Shown here in pieces: positions 15,130 to 23,376 of a stretch of DNA of 64,000 nt (positions are counted from its first letter, which is position 1; every line of letters starts with the position of its first letter). Below the pieces are notes generated by a model, which made no database searches, was not told where the DNA came from, and worked only from the letters and a program-made list of their open reading frames with translations. Source of the DNA: a virus; IMG/VR virus record IMGVR_UViG_3300045988_119411. One strand, written 5' to 3'. A program made the position numbers and the translations under genes.

Positions 15130-15347
15130 GTGCATGTGATCTCATTATTGCGTATTGCAAGCAGCACGGCTCCATCACGCAGATGGAAGCTACCAACGCT
15201 TTGGGCTGCACACGGCTTTCGGGTCGGATCTGGGATCTGAAACGCCGCCCCGGCATCGTTGTCACAGATGCTTGGGAGTATGGAGTCAATCGGTATCAGA
15301 AGCCTACCAGATATAAGCGATACTACGTTACGGAGGAAGCAAAGTGA
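15126..15347 (+). CDS. winged-helix DNA-binding protein (73 aa)
   Basis: ORF track. GSITQMEATNALGCTRLSGRIWDLKRRPG matches the small phage wHTH pattern. Confidence 0.55.
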   Translation: MSACDLIIAYCKQHGSITQMEATNALGCTRLSGRIWDLKRRPGIVVTDAWEYGVNRYQKPTRYKRYYVTEEAK

Positions 15348-15577
15348 TTGAAGCGAAAGTCAAATGCGCATTCTGCGGGAAAGAAATCGGAGAATCTGGT
15401 TATGTGTGGAAAGTTCGTGTTGTGAATTGCAACGGTCGGACAGAGTATCTTCCAACCTGCTCAGAAGAACATGCCAGACTTACGAAGGAGAAGTATGCCT
15501 GCATTCACGAGGAAATGTCCAAGTATGTGAAACAGCAGGTCCTTCAAAAGATGCGCGTCAGAGATTATCTGGGATGA
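15344..15577 (+). CDS. hypothetical zinc-binding protein (77 aa)
   Basis: ORF track. Overlaps the upstream stop. Confidence 0.5.
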   Translation: MIEAKVKCAFCGKEIGESGYVWKVRVVNCNGRTEYLPTCSEEHARLTKEKYACIHEEMSKYVKQQVLQKMRVRDYLG

Positions 15578-15972
15578 TGCGATGCAAGGTCTGTGGAAAG
15601 GAATATTCCGGATGGGGCCGATATTCAAAAGACTGCTGCAGTCGGGAGTGCGCCGAGCGCGCGCGGCAGACGTTTGGTGGAGCTACGCGCTCGACGCCGG
15701 TTCTGATCGTGATTCCAAGAGCACTTTATCTTTCTGCTGGTATGAACCCAGAGATTGGCTCAATCTATAAAGCTGAGAAAATCGGAAACGTGGACGGAAA
15801 TGGTTTTCACTATCGTCTTACAGTTCGCGGGAGGCCCCTTTTGTTGAAAGAGTCTGACTGCTGGGAAGTGGAATTGAACGTTATGTGTGCGGAAGAACAT
15901 GGAATTCCCCCCAAGCCGGGATGGGATAACGCGGTAATCTCCAAATTTCTGTGCAGCGGATTTGGAAAGTAG
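15574..15972 (+). CDS. hypothetical zinc-ribbon protein (132 aa)
   Basis: ORF 15364..15972 trimmed to MMRCKVCGKEYSG, which overlaps the upstream TGA. Confidence 0.5.
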   Translation: MMRCKVCGKEYSGWGRYSKDCCSRECAERARQTFGGATRSTPVLIVIPRALYLSAGMNPEIGSIYKAEKIGNVDGNGFHYRLTVRGRPLLLKESDCWEVELNVMCAEEHGIPPKPGWDNAVISKFLCSGFGK

Positions 15973-15978
15973 GAAATT

Positions 15979-16131
15979 ATGGATAAGCCAACTTGTGACA
16001 GCTGCAAATGGTGGGAGCCTTGGAACGAGGTATGCTTCAATGGTGAAAGTCCATATTGCGCCGATTTCGTGAACTGCGGGTGCGAAAAATATGAGGAGGA
16101 CAAAGAAATTGAACGTTTATACAAAGAATGA
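15979..16131 (+). CDS. small Cys-rich protein (50 aa)
   Basis: Below the ORF-track cutoff. MDKPTCDSCKWWEPWNEVCFNGESPYCADFVNCGCEKYEEDKEIERLYKE. Confidence 0.4.
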   Translation: MDKPTCDSCKWWEPWNEVCFNGESPYCADFVNCGCEKYEEDKEIERLYKE

Positions 16132-16417
16132 TTGTACCACATCTACGCTGGATGAGAATCTTCGAAATGTAGGGCTGCAGAACGACTCGCAGAGCGCTAT
16201 TGATCATCCAGCGCACTACAATCATGGCTCGATTGAGTGCATCGACGCGCTCAACGCTATGGTTGAAGAATGGAATGATTCGGTAGCTGCGGTCCTTGCA
16301 TGGCAGACCGTCAAATACATCTGGCGTCATCCATTCAAAGGGAAACCGACCGAAGACCTCAAAAAAGCGAGATTCTATCTCGACCGATTGATTGAACAGT
16401 ATGAGCGTGAGGCGTAA
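16091..16417 (+). CDS. DUF3310-like phage protein
   Basis: ORF track. HPAHYNHGSIECIDALNAM...VKYIWRHPFKGKPTEDLKKARFYLDRL matches the remembered DUF3310 pattern. The true start may be the TTG at 16109 after GAGGAGG. Confidence 0.55.
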   Translation: MRRTKKLNVYTKNDCTTSTLDENLRNVGLQNDSQSAIDHPAHYNHGSIECIDALNAMVEEWNDSVAAVLAWQTVKYIWRHPFKGKPTEDLKKARFYLDRLIEQYEREA

Positions 16418-16838
16418 AACTGATTTCCGGCTTACGCTGATGCGCAGCTGTGGGACATGCGGAAAGTCTTTTGTTACCTCTGCTGGTAGCCCATGGATAC
16501 GACAGGTCAAGCGAGATGGAAAAAAGCAGGCGACAACCTACTACTGCTCCGAGAGCTGCTATGCTGCAAGCTATAAGCATATTGGATTTTTCGATGGAAA
16601 GGCAACGGAGCGGCGGAGAGAACGTGAGCGCAACCGCGACGTCAGAGAGAAAAACAGGCAGTATTATTTGGCTCATGCGGAAGAAATCAAAGCAAAAAAG
16701 CGAGCCTACTATGCATCAAATCCGGGTCTGAGTGCAGCGAACAGCAGGTACAACCGGAAGAAAAACAGACTGCTTGCCGCAGAGGCGGCGAGTCAAGGAG
16801 AAATCGTGGAATTTGGAGGACAATGTGAGACACTTTAA
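16392..16838 (+). CDS. hypothetical basic protein (148 aa)
   Basis: ORF track. Zn-ribbon-like CGTCG...CSESC, followed by an Arg/Lys-rich helix. Confidence 0.5.
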   Translation: MNSMSVRRKTDFRLTLMRSCGTCGKSFVTSAGSPWIRQVKRDGKKQATTYYCSESCYAASYKHIGFFDGKATERRRERERNRDVREKNRQYYLAHAEEIKAKKRAYYASNPGLSAANSRYNRKKNRLLAAEAASQGEIVEFGGQCETL

Positions 16839-17517
16839 GGATTTTTTGGCATACGCCATATTTGTGATTGCACTTTTCGCTTTTACATTTTCGGTGTTTC
16901 GAACCGGTGCTGCAGCAATCAGCCGTCACAACAGCGAAACGGAAGCGAAGAGCAATTCAAATAAAAGATTATTCAAACTCGAAGATTTTTCGGTGCCAGA
17001 AACAGATACTGAGATTTTAAGCCGCCCGGTCGTATTCATTCCGTGTGAGATAGAATCGGAAATACCGGCGCAGGAGCCGCCGACGGAAGAAGCGTTGGAA
17101 TCATTGGAAGCGATTGAAGAAACTTCGGAAGAGAATTTTCCTGTCGATGAGGCAGAGCTGGAGATGTTGGCATGTACGATCTACATAGAGGCCGGCGGAG
17201 ATGCGTGCTCGGACGAAACCCGGATGATGGTCGGGAATGTGGTTTTGAATCGCATCGCAGATGAACGCTTTCCCGACACGATGGAAGAGGTCCTGCTTCA
17301 GCCCCGGCAATATAACACATTTTCATGGACTGGCATTCAGTGGCCTGCAAGGGCCAGTACAGAGCCGGAGGCCGAGGCAGTAGCCCGTGCCTACGATTGT
17401 GCCCGTAGGTTGCTGGAGGGAGAAAGAGTTCTCGATGCCGACGTCGTGTGGCAGGCCGAGTTTTTCCAAGGCAGTGAAGTTGTTTCATATCAGGATGGCA
17501 TCTATTTTTGCCGATGA
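16825..17517 (+). CDS. membrane-anchored cell-wall hydrolase, SleB/Hydrolase_2-like
   Basis: ORF 16732..17517 trimmed to the GTG after a GGAGGACAAT RBS. TM helix FLAYAIFVIALFAFTFSVF. Catalytic-domain pattern IYIEAGGDACSDETRMMVGNVVLNRIADERFPDTMEEVLLQPRQYNTF. Confidence 0.7.
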   Translation: MRHFKDFLAYAIFVIALFAFTFSVFRTGAAAISRHNSETEAKSNSNKRLFKLEDFSVPETDTEILSRPVVFIPCEIESEIPAQEPPTEEALESLEAIEETSEENFPVDEAELEMLACTIYIEAGGDACSDETRMMVGNVVLNRIADERFPDTMEEVLLQPRQYNTFSWTGIQWPARASTEPEAEAVARAYDCARRLLEGERVLDADVVWQAEFFQGSEVVSYQDGIYFCR

Positions 17518-17533
17518 GAAAGGAGTAATTCAC

Positions 17534-17710
17534 ATGTGTACGCTCCAAGTCCTCGCGGGCATAGCAAATCTCTTGGCACTGATCCCGGTTATGGTCGCAG
17601 TAGTTATTGCCATTAAACTCCGAAAGGCTATCTGGGTTGCGCTCTTCATTTCCGAGATTTTGCTAGTGCTTTATGCACTGGCATTTACACTCAGCTTCGT
17701 CATTCCGTAA
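17534..17710 (+). CDS. small two-TM membrane protein (58 aa)
   Basis: ORF 17387..17710 trimmed to MCTLQVLAGIANLL with a GAAAGGAGTAA RBS. Two hydrophobic helices. Confidence 0.5.
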   Translation: MCTLQVLAGIANLLALIPVMVAVVIAIKLRKAIWVALFISEILLVLYALAFTLSFVIP

Positions 17711-17777
17711 GAGCACCGTACACCCCCAGGAACCACTTTATTTCTTCAAATGCAAAAGGACACGTATAAACCACAAA

Positions 17778-17813
17778 CGATGCGTCGCGTCGAACCAGCG
17801 GCGCGACGCATCG
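17778..17813 (+). terminator. 12-bp perfect hairpin, weak T tract
   Basis: CGATGCGTCGCG-(12 nt)-CGCGACGCATCG followed by GTTT. Lies between the membrane protein gene and ssb. Confidence 0.35.
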
Positions 17814-17838
17814 GTTTAGAACGCCGAGGAGAATAGAA

Positions 17839-18267
17839 ATGCTCAACAAAGTAATTTTAGCCGGACGGCTCTGCACCGATCCGGAGTTAAGACGCACGCA
17901 AAATGGGACAGCCGTAGCAACAGTGTCGCTGGCCGTTGATCGAGATTATGCAAAGCCAGGCGAACCTCGGGAGGTCGATTTCGTTCCTCTGGTGGCATGG
18001 TCGAGCACCGCAGAGTTTATGTCCCGCAACTTCTCAAAAGGAAGAATGGCAATCGTAGTTGGACGGCTGGCATTGAGACGGTACGAGGATCATGAGGGAA
18101 AGAAGAAAAGTGTCATGGAAGTCATCGTGTCCGATGCCTACTTTGGGGATAGCAAGACTCAGAACAACGTAAGCAGTCCGCCTGACTATTTGTCTGATAC
18201 GCAGGCCAAAGTGAAACCAGCGGATTTCGCTGAGATGACATTTGATAATTCTGATCTTCCGTTTTGA
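17839..18267 (+). CDS. ssb: single-stranded DNA-binding protein
   Basis: MLNKVILAGRLCTDPELRRTQNGTAVATVSLAVDR OB-fold N-terminus. Acidic C-terminal tip DNSDLPF. Confidence 0.9.
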   Translation: MLNKVILAGRLCTDPELRRTQNGTAVATVSLAVDRDYAKPGEPREVDFVPLVAWSSTAEFMSRNFSKGRMAIVVGRLALRRYEDHEGKKKSVMEVIVSDAYFGDSKTQNNVSSPPDYLSDTQAKVKPADFAEMTFDNSDLPF

Positions 18268-18280
18268 GAGGTAGAAAAGT

Positions 18281-19162
18281 ATGAGCGACGTTCAGTGGAT
18301 TAAAATTAAAGTCGGCATGTTCGATGGAGAGAGCTTTAAGAAAATCAAGAAAGCGAAGATTGGAGGAGAGAGCTTCCGTGACAAACTGACTGCCGTTTGG
18401 TTTGAATTGATGGACTTTGCAGGAAAATGTAACCATTCTGGATTCTTTATCAGTTCACGGGAGATTCCGTATCGTTCTATCGCGGATATTGCCGTGATGA
18501 TAGACCGGGAGCCGGAAGAACTTGAACTCTGTATGAGATTTTTCATCAATGAAGGAATGGTTGAAATTATCGATGATGTGTATCTCCTCTCAAACTGGAT
18601 GATGTATCAGAACGAGGAGAAACTTGAACGCATCCGAGAACAAACACGCTTGCGCGTCGCAAAATATCGTGCGTTAAAGGCTGGAAAGGATGCAGAAGGA
18701 GATGTAACGCAAGATGGCGTTACCGATACCGTTACAAAATCGTTACCCTCTTATTCTTATTCTTATTCTAATTCTAATTCTAAAAAGAAAGATAAGGGTA
18801 AAGAGGGTACGGGAGGAAAGGGGAAAGAGAAGCCGCAAAAGCAGATGGTTTCGGAAGCAGAGTTCGAAGATGCGATTAAATCGTTTCCTTCGTCTATTCA
18901 GGAAATTCTTCGAGATTGGTTTGCATACAAAACAGAACGCAAAGAAGGATACACACCTCGCGGCCTAAAGAGTTTGATGACGACGGTTCGTAAGAACGTT
19001 GAAGAATACGGAGAGCGGCTGGTTGTTGAGGTTATTGAGAGCAGCATGAGTTCGATGTATGTCGGGATTGTTTGGGATAAGTTGAAAAAATATAAGCCTG
19101 TTGTTGAGCAAAAGGCTCTTAACCGGGATGATTACGGCTCACCGATGGATTTCTACAAATGA
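18281..19162 (+). CDS. phage replisome organizer (DnaD-like, Phage_rep_org_N)
   Basis: N-terminus VQWIKIKVGMFDGESFKKIKK...LTAVWFELMDFAGKCNHSGFF matches the family pattern. Sits immediately upstream of the DnaC-like loader. Confidence 0.75.
   Translation: MSDVQWIKIKVGMFDGESFKKIKKAKIGGESFRDKLTAVWFELMDFAGKCNHSGFFISSREIPYRSIADIAVMIDREPEELELCMRFFINEGMVEIIDDVYLLSNWMMYQNEEKLERIREQTRLRVAKYRALKAGKDAEGDVTQDGVTDTVTKSLPSYSYSYSNSNSKKKDKGKEGTGGKGKEKPQKQMVSEAEFEDAIKSFPSSIQEILRDWFAYKTERKEGYTPRGLKSLMTTVRKNVEEYGERLVVEVIESSMSSMYVGIVWDKLKKYKPVVEQKALNRDDYGSPMDFYK
18751..18780 (+). repeat. hexanucleotide microsatellite (TTATTC)x3(TAATTC)x2 inside a CDS
   Basis: Encodes SYSYSYSNSNS in the linker of the replisome organizer. 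Confidence 0.9.
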
Positions 19163-20091
19163 CAGAAAACAAGAAAATGGATGCGCTGCTCGCGCTGGCG
19201 CAGGAAAAGAGAGATCAGCAAAGAGAGAATATCACAGATTCAGCTCCGTTTGCAGAGGCAGTTGTCGGTGTCGCAAAGCTGGCAGCCACAGAGGCCAAGA
19301 AAGATTCCGCCACAGCTGTCGTAGGCGAGGATGGCCTTCTGCATTGCACAATCTGCGGCGGAAGGCGCCAGACGATTGCCACCTTCGGGGACGGGAAGCA
19401 AGTCAAAGTCTATTGCAGATGCAAATGCCAAGCGGAGCAGGATGCAGCGGAAAAGGCTGATTACCAAAAGCGTGAAGAAATGCAGCGAGTGGATAAGCTT
19501 CGGACGCTGGGATTCGCAGATCGAGAAATGGTGAATTGTACGTTCGAAAACGATGATGGTGCCAATCCGAAACTGACGGCTGGAATGAAGCAATATTGCG
19601 AAAACTTCCCGAGACTCAGGAGAGAGGGGACGGGCCTACTCCTGTACGGGCCGGTTGGGACGGGAAAGAGTTTTTATGCAGCGTGCATTGTAAACGAGCT
19701 GATTTCACGCGGGTATCCGTGCCTTATGACCACGTTCCCAAAACTGGCAAATCAACTTTCCGCCACATGGGATGGAAAGCAGGAGATCATCGACGGGCTT
19801 GCGCGGTTGTCACTTCTAGCCATCGATGATCTTGGTGTTGAACGGGATACGGAGTATATGAATGAAAATATCACGGTGATTGTCGATACGTTGTGTCGTG
19901 CAAAGATCCCGCTCATCATTACGAGCAATTACACTCCACGACAAATGGCAGGAGAGTTCGAAATCAAAAGGAAGCGTGCCTTTGACAGACTCTTGGGTCG
20001 CTGCCATCCTGTGGAGGTTTTGGGTGAGAGTCGCAGGAAGGCCATGGGAAGGAAAAATTATCTTGAAATGAAGGAACTTTTGGGGATCTGA
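19159..20091 (+). CDS. DnaC/IstB-like AAA+ helicase loader
   Basis: Walker A LLLYGPVGTGKSF; Walker B LLAIDDLGVE; sensor IITSNY. N-terminal CTICGG...CRCKC zinc module. Confidence 0.85.
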   Translation: MTENKKMDALLALAQEKRDQQRENITDSAPFAEAVVGVAKLAATEAKKDSATAVVGEDGLLHCTICGGRRQTIATFGDGKQVKVYCRCKCQAEQDAAEKADYQKREEMQRVDKLRTLGFADREMVNCTFENDDGANPKLTAGMKQYCENFPRLRREGTGLLLYGPVGTGKSFYAACIVNELISRGYPCLMTTFPKLANQLSATWDGKQEIIDGLARLSLLAIDDLGVERDTEYMNENITVIVDTLCRAKIPLIITSNYTPRQMAGEFEIKRKRAFDRLLGRCHPVEVLGESRRKAMGRKNYLEMKELLGI

Positions 20092-20100
20092 GGGACCGAG

Positions 20101-20289
20101 ATGGAATTTAAGATTGTCCGCGCTCTCGATGGACAGGTTATGATGACGACGAGCCACGAGAGCTGCATTTACAGTGATGCCACGATCAGAAATATGATGA
20201 AAGCTGGCTATAAGGCATACAAGGACGGAAGAGTATATCGGCCGGCGCAGGAAGGGAAGGTGAGGAAAAGTGGTTCAGATCGGCGATAA
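20101..20289 (+). CDS. hypothetical protein (62 aa)
   Basis: ORF track. Confidence 0.45.
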   Translation: MEFKIVRALDGQVMMTTSHESCIYSDATIRNMMKAGYKAYKDGRVYRPAQEGKVRKSGSDRR

Positions 20290-20464
20290 AGTGAAGAAAC
20301 GCTTCTCTCTGACTGATCACGCGGATGGGAAAAGTGATGACACATCAAAGCTGTATTTCGGGAAGGTAATATGGATTCATCCGGAACGCCGATTCTATGT
20401 GGCTGAATTCAGCACGTTCAGGGGAGAAATATTCCGGAGCTGCTTCCGGGAAAATGAGAGTTAG
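20270..20464 (+). CDS. hypothetical protein (64 aa)
   Basis: ORF track. GTG start after a GGTGAGGAAAA RBS. Confidence 0.45.
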   Translation: MVQIGDKVKKRFSLTDHADGKSDDTSKLYFGKVIWIHPERRFYVAEFSTFRGEIFRSCFRENES

Positions 20465-20476
20465 GGAGAAAATGAG

Positions 20477-20806
20477 ATGACAAAGAAAGAAGCAATTCGT
20501 CAATACCACGGACGTAGATTTGAGTTTGTATGGAAAAGCGTAGAAAAAGGATATTGCACAGAGGCTGATCTGTGGTTCTTGATACCGAATGGCTGGAAGC
20601 GAATGCATGGATTCCTTGTCACGCGGACGTTTGCAAAAAGAAAGAGCGCTGCGAAAAGGAATCGGAAACGCAGAATCATGTTCTCAGGAGTTTTTGGGGT
20701 CATGATAGAAACAATCGATAAAATTTTGCCAAAGGCCGTTGAAACTACGTTTTCTGAGTTCGTCGATTTCAAATCTGTACCGTTCGGTGATGTATCGATC
20801 TTCTAA
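20477..20806 (+). CDS. hypothetical protein (109 aa)
   Basis: ORF track. GGGAGAAAATGAG RBS. Last gene before the att region. Confidence 0.55.
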   Translation: MTKKEAIRQYHGRRFEFVWKSVEKGYCTEADLWFLIPNGWKRMHGFLVTRTFAKRKSAAKRNRKRRIMFSGVFGVMIETIDKILPKAVETTFSEFVDFKSVPFGDVSIF

Positions 20807-20818
20807 AAGGGGCAGAGG

Positions 20819-20842
20819 CGTGCCGATTTTCGTGCCGATTTT
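20819..20842. repeat. tandem 12-mer CGTGCCGATTTT x2 (left copy; candidate integrase arm-type site)
   Basis: Identical 24 bp recur at 21059..21082, exactly 240 bp away. Confidence 0.8.
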
Positions 20843-20848
20843 CGCGCG

Positions 20849-20874
20849 TTTCTGACTGACTGATTAGTCAGAAA
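20849..20874. repeat. 9-bp perfect inverted repeat TTTCTGACT/AGTCAGAAA
   Basis: 8-nt spacer. Lies in the att arm. Confidence 0.6.
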
Positions 20875-20942
20875 ACTGGTTAAAAAGTTAGTCTGGTGAC
20901 TTTTCTGAATTATAGGCATATAGGTGGAAAACGTTGAGAATA

Positions 20943-20983
20943 GAAGAAAAACCGACAATCTCAACGATTGCCGGTTTTTCTTC
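20943..20983. terminator. long hairpin with T-rich flanks (bidirectional; terminator of the tRNA fragment)
   Basis: GAAGAAAAACCG...CGGTTTTTCTTC, a 12-bp perfect stem with an inner CAATC/GATTG stem. TTTTGG follows on the plus strand; T-rich sequence follows on the minus strand. Confidence 0.7.
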
Positions 20984-20986
20984 TTT

Positions 20987-21022
20987 TGGTCGGAGTGTCG
21001 GGATTCGAACCCGACACCAATC
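20987..21022 (-). other. partial tRNA gene: T-arm, 3' acceptor strand, discriminator and CCA only (candidate att core)
   Basis: Minus sense ...gattggtg TCGGG TTCGAAT CCCGA CACTCCG A CCA. Sequence upstream does not fold into anticodon or D arms. Confidence 0.7.
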
Positions 21023-21054
21023 TTTCAAACATGTTGATTTTCAAGGACAAAACT

Positions 21055-22233
21055 TTATCGTGCCGATTTTCGTGCCGATTTTGAAGGACTTTTGGTTCCT
21101 GATTTTTTCTCCTGCGTGGTTTCGGTGGAACCCTGAAGATAGAATCTACGCATCTTATTGGTTGCAGCGTTCTTATCTTTTGCAGCTTCACGCAAATAGC
21201 ATTCATGAACGACTTTAATATCATTCCATCCGCCGACACGCATGGTGCGTTCTTCGCTCCAACCGAGATGGTAAGCAAGGGAACAGAAAGATCGACGTAG
21301 ACCATGAACGCCAACTTGCGGCAAATTGTTTTCTATGCAAATTGCGTTGATCCTGCGAGTAAGAGTATTAGGATAACAGTCAATTAGTGGACCTTCGTCT
21401 GGAATGACTTCAAGGAGCCTAGGAACGAGAACGGGTACCGGCCGAGTGGATTTTTCAGATTTATTCGTATCCTTGTGAACAAGTTTTCCGTTTTCGTCGT
21501 AAACGACGGCACCAGACACAGAAAGATACTCGGAGCCTTTGATCTCAAAATGCAAACTGTCACGGGTTAATGCCATGATTTCTGAGCGACGCAAAGAATG
21601 CAGTGCCAAAAGCGCACCGAGCTCAATCGGCTTTTCTCGAATAGCCTTCACAAAGACAAGGATTTGCTCATAGTCGAGAGTGGGCTGGCCTCCTTTCTTG
21701 AAGGCAGGGAGGGTGACATTCGGGACATCAAACTCCAAATAGTTCATCGTGGCTGTCACAAGTGCCCACACATTGCAAACAGTTTTTGGGGAACAATGCT
21801 TCAGCTCTTCGCCAATGGCGATCTGCCACTCACTCTTTGTAATTCCAGAAAGGTCACGGCCCATATAATCGAGAAAATGATTTTTTCGATATGACATATA
21901 GTTGCGGCGGGTAGAAGGAGAAAGAGAAGGGCCTCGCTCTGCAATCATTTTGTCAATGGCTTTTCCGAGCGTGATTCTCGATGCATTCTTCTTTTTCTCG
22001 ATGAAGCCGGCGCGGATGGCTTTGGCCTTGGCAATGCACAGCTCTTTTGTGGGCTCCGTGATGCTCTGCTTTTCGGCATCCAAATAAATCCGCCAGTTTC
22101 CACTAGCAAGTTTTCGCGGAGACGGGACTTTGAGCGCATCTTTCTTCTTGCGCTCTTTGAGCTGCTTTTCTCCGCACCAATTACAGAACATGGAATTATC
22201 TTCGATTTCACGGCCGCAGGATTTACACTTCAT
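21055..22233 (-). CDS. int: tyrosine integrase with N-terminal zinc ribbon
   Basis: ORF 21055..22389 trimmed to MKCKSCGREIEDNSMFCNWCG. Catalytic pattern ALHSLRRSE, HGLRRSF, GGWNDIKVVHECY. Confidence 0.9.
   Translation of the reverse strand: MKCKSCGREIEDNSMFCNWCGEKQLKERKKKDALKVPSPRKLASGNWRIYLDAEKQSITEPTKELCIAKAKAIRAGFIEKKKNASRITLGKAIDKMIAERGPSLSPSTRRNYMSYRKNHFLDYMGRDLSGITKSEWQIAIGEELKHCSPKTVCNVWALVTATMNYLEFDVPNVTLPAFKKGGQPTLDYEQILVFVKAIREKPIELGALLALHSLRRSEIMALTRDSLHFEIKGSEYLSVSGAVVYDENGKLVHKDTNKSEKSTRPVPVLVPRLLEVIPDEGPLIDCYPNTLTRRINAICIENNLPQVGVHGLRRSFCSLAYHLGWSEERTMRVGGWNDIKVVHECYLREAAKDKNAATNKMRRFYLQGSTETTQEKKSGTKSPSKSARKSAR
21059..21082. repeat. tandem 12-mer CGTGCCGATTTT x2 (right copy)
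   Basis: Identical to 20819..20842. Lies in the last codons (KSARKSAR) of the integrase ORF. Confidence 0.8.
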
Positions 22234-22408
22234 GACGTTGCTGCTCCTGAAGCTGTTGTAGAGCGTCATCCCGCTCCTGCATAACGCGAAGGAATTCCTG
22301 CTTGAGAGCATAAAAGGTGTCGGCGCAGATGCCAAGCTCTGGGGCCTTCTTGATGTTTTCGTCGAGTGCGTCCAGCACGAGCTTGTCACGTTCAGTATAA
22401 GGTTTCAA
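22223..22408 (-). CDS. hypothetical helical protein (61 aa) upstream of int
   Basis: ORF track. TTG start. Overlaps the int start by 11 nt. Confidence 0.4.
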   Translation of the reverse strand: MKPYTERDKLVLDALDENIKKAPELGICADTFYALKQEFLRVMQERDDALQQLQEQQRHEV

Positions 22409-22467
22409 TTTTGCTATACCTCTTTCTTTGAGAATTTTGGATATGTATTATTGCTGGACTGCAGAGA

Positions 22468-23091
22468 CTATTTTTTCTTGTTTTTGTTTAGAACTTTGAA
22501 GATTGTAATTATGACTGTGATAACGGCTGCGGCGATGATAAGGATGATGATCCACGAAAAGACGCTGAGATTTCCAAACTGGATCAGTCCGGCATCTTTG
22601 ATCTGGAAGTCGATAATAAGATAGACAATCAGAAAGAATGCCAAGATGATGCTCATTGCGAGCTGCGCGTATTCTACGGGGCGGTGTGATGTAGACTGTG
22701 TCGTCTTGTATTCGTCGAGTTTTTTCAGACCATCAGCTGTTGCAGTGGCTGTATTCACCATGCCCTGTAGACGCTGAATTTCTGCGTCTTTCTGTGCGTT
22801 GTCAAGTTCTAGGGCATGAATCTGTTTTCTTAATTCTGAAGCGTCTTCACTCCGAATAGGTAGACCACAGAGTTCATCGAGAGACAGGCCCATGGTATCG
22901 GCCATAGCTGCGCAGTTGAACAGAAGCGGATTCGCCTGCGCGCCGGCGTTGATTCGACTGACGTTAGAATATGGGACACCTGACTTTTCGGCGAGGGCGT
23001 TGACTGTTAGCCCAAGCTCAATCCTTCTCTGCTTAATTTTTTCTGAGAAGGAATCGAAATACGGGGATAGCTTTTCCGTTGACGTTGACAT
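22468..23091 (-). CDS. membrane-anchored XRE-family HTH protein
   Basis: ORF 22468..23259 trimmed to MSTSTEKLSPYF with a GGAGGCTCGAA RBS. HTH IKQRRIELGLTVNALAEKSGVPYSNVSRI, then a coiled coil, then two C-terminal TM helices. Confidence 0.7.
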   Translation of the reverse strand: MSTSTEKLSPYFDSFSEKIKQRRIELGLTVNALAEKSGVPYSNVSRINAGAQANPLLFNCAAMADTMGLSLDELCGLPIRSEDASELRKQIHALELDNAQKDAEIQRLQGMVNTATATADGLKKLDEYKTTQSTSHRPVEYAQLAMSIILAFFLIVYLIIDFQIKDAGLIQFGNLSVFSWIIILIIAAAVITVIITIFKVLNKNKKK

Positions 23092-23187
23092 TTCGAGCCT
23101 CCAAAAGCAGAATTTGAAATTTAGGGTAGTGTTTGGGCAGAATAGGAGAGTGTTTTGAAATCCGAGGTGTGGACTTCTGGAAACAAA

Positions 23188-23214
23188 ATCTGCTACGATA
23201 GAGGCGTAGCAGAT
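23188..23214. promoter_or_regulatory. perfect palindrome ATCTGCTACG-N7-CGTAGCAGAT
   Basis: 10-bp arms. A third half-site ATCTGCTA lies at 23230-23237. Confidence 0.6.
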
Positions 23215-23335
23215 GACAGGTAATACGGGATCTGCTATAGGCTCCGTCGTCGGTGGCACGGCGGCGGAGCCGCTTTCAACGCTGATGCAATTATCTCAGC
23301 ACACCGGAAAGACTCCTTTCATGCATGGCTCTTGT

Positions 23336-23376
23336 TTGCCCGGACTAGTCCGGGCAAGCCGTGATAAAGTCACGGC
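23336..23376. promoter_or_regulatory. 22-bp perfect palindrome plus adjacent 7-bp-stem hairpin
   Basis: TTGCCCGGACTAGTCCGGGCAA (23336-23357) followed by GCCGTGA-taaag-TCACGGC (23358-23376). Confidence 0.55.

Noticed and set aside
20987-21090. A complete tRNA gene at the att site
   Set aside because: Only the T-arm, 3' acceptor strand and CCA are present. The sequence 5' of it cannot form anticodon or D arms and is integrase coding sequence.
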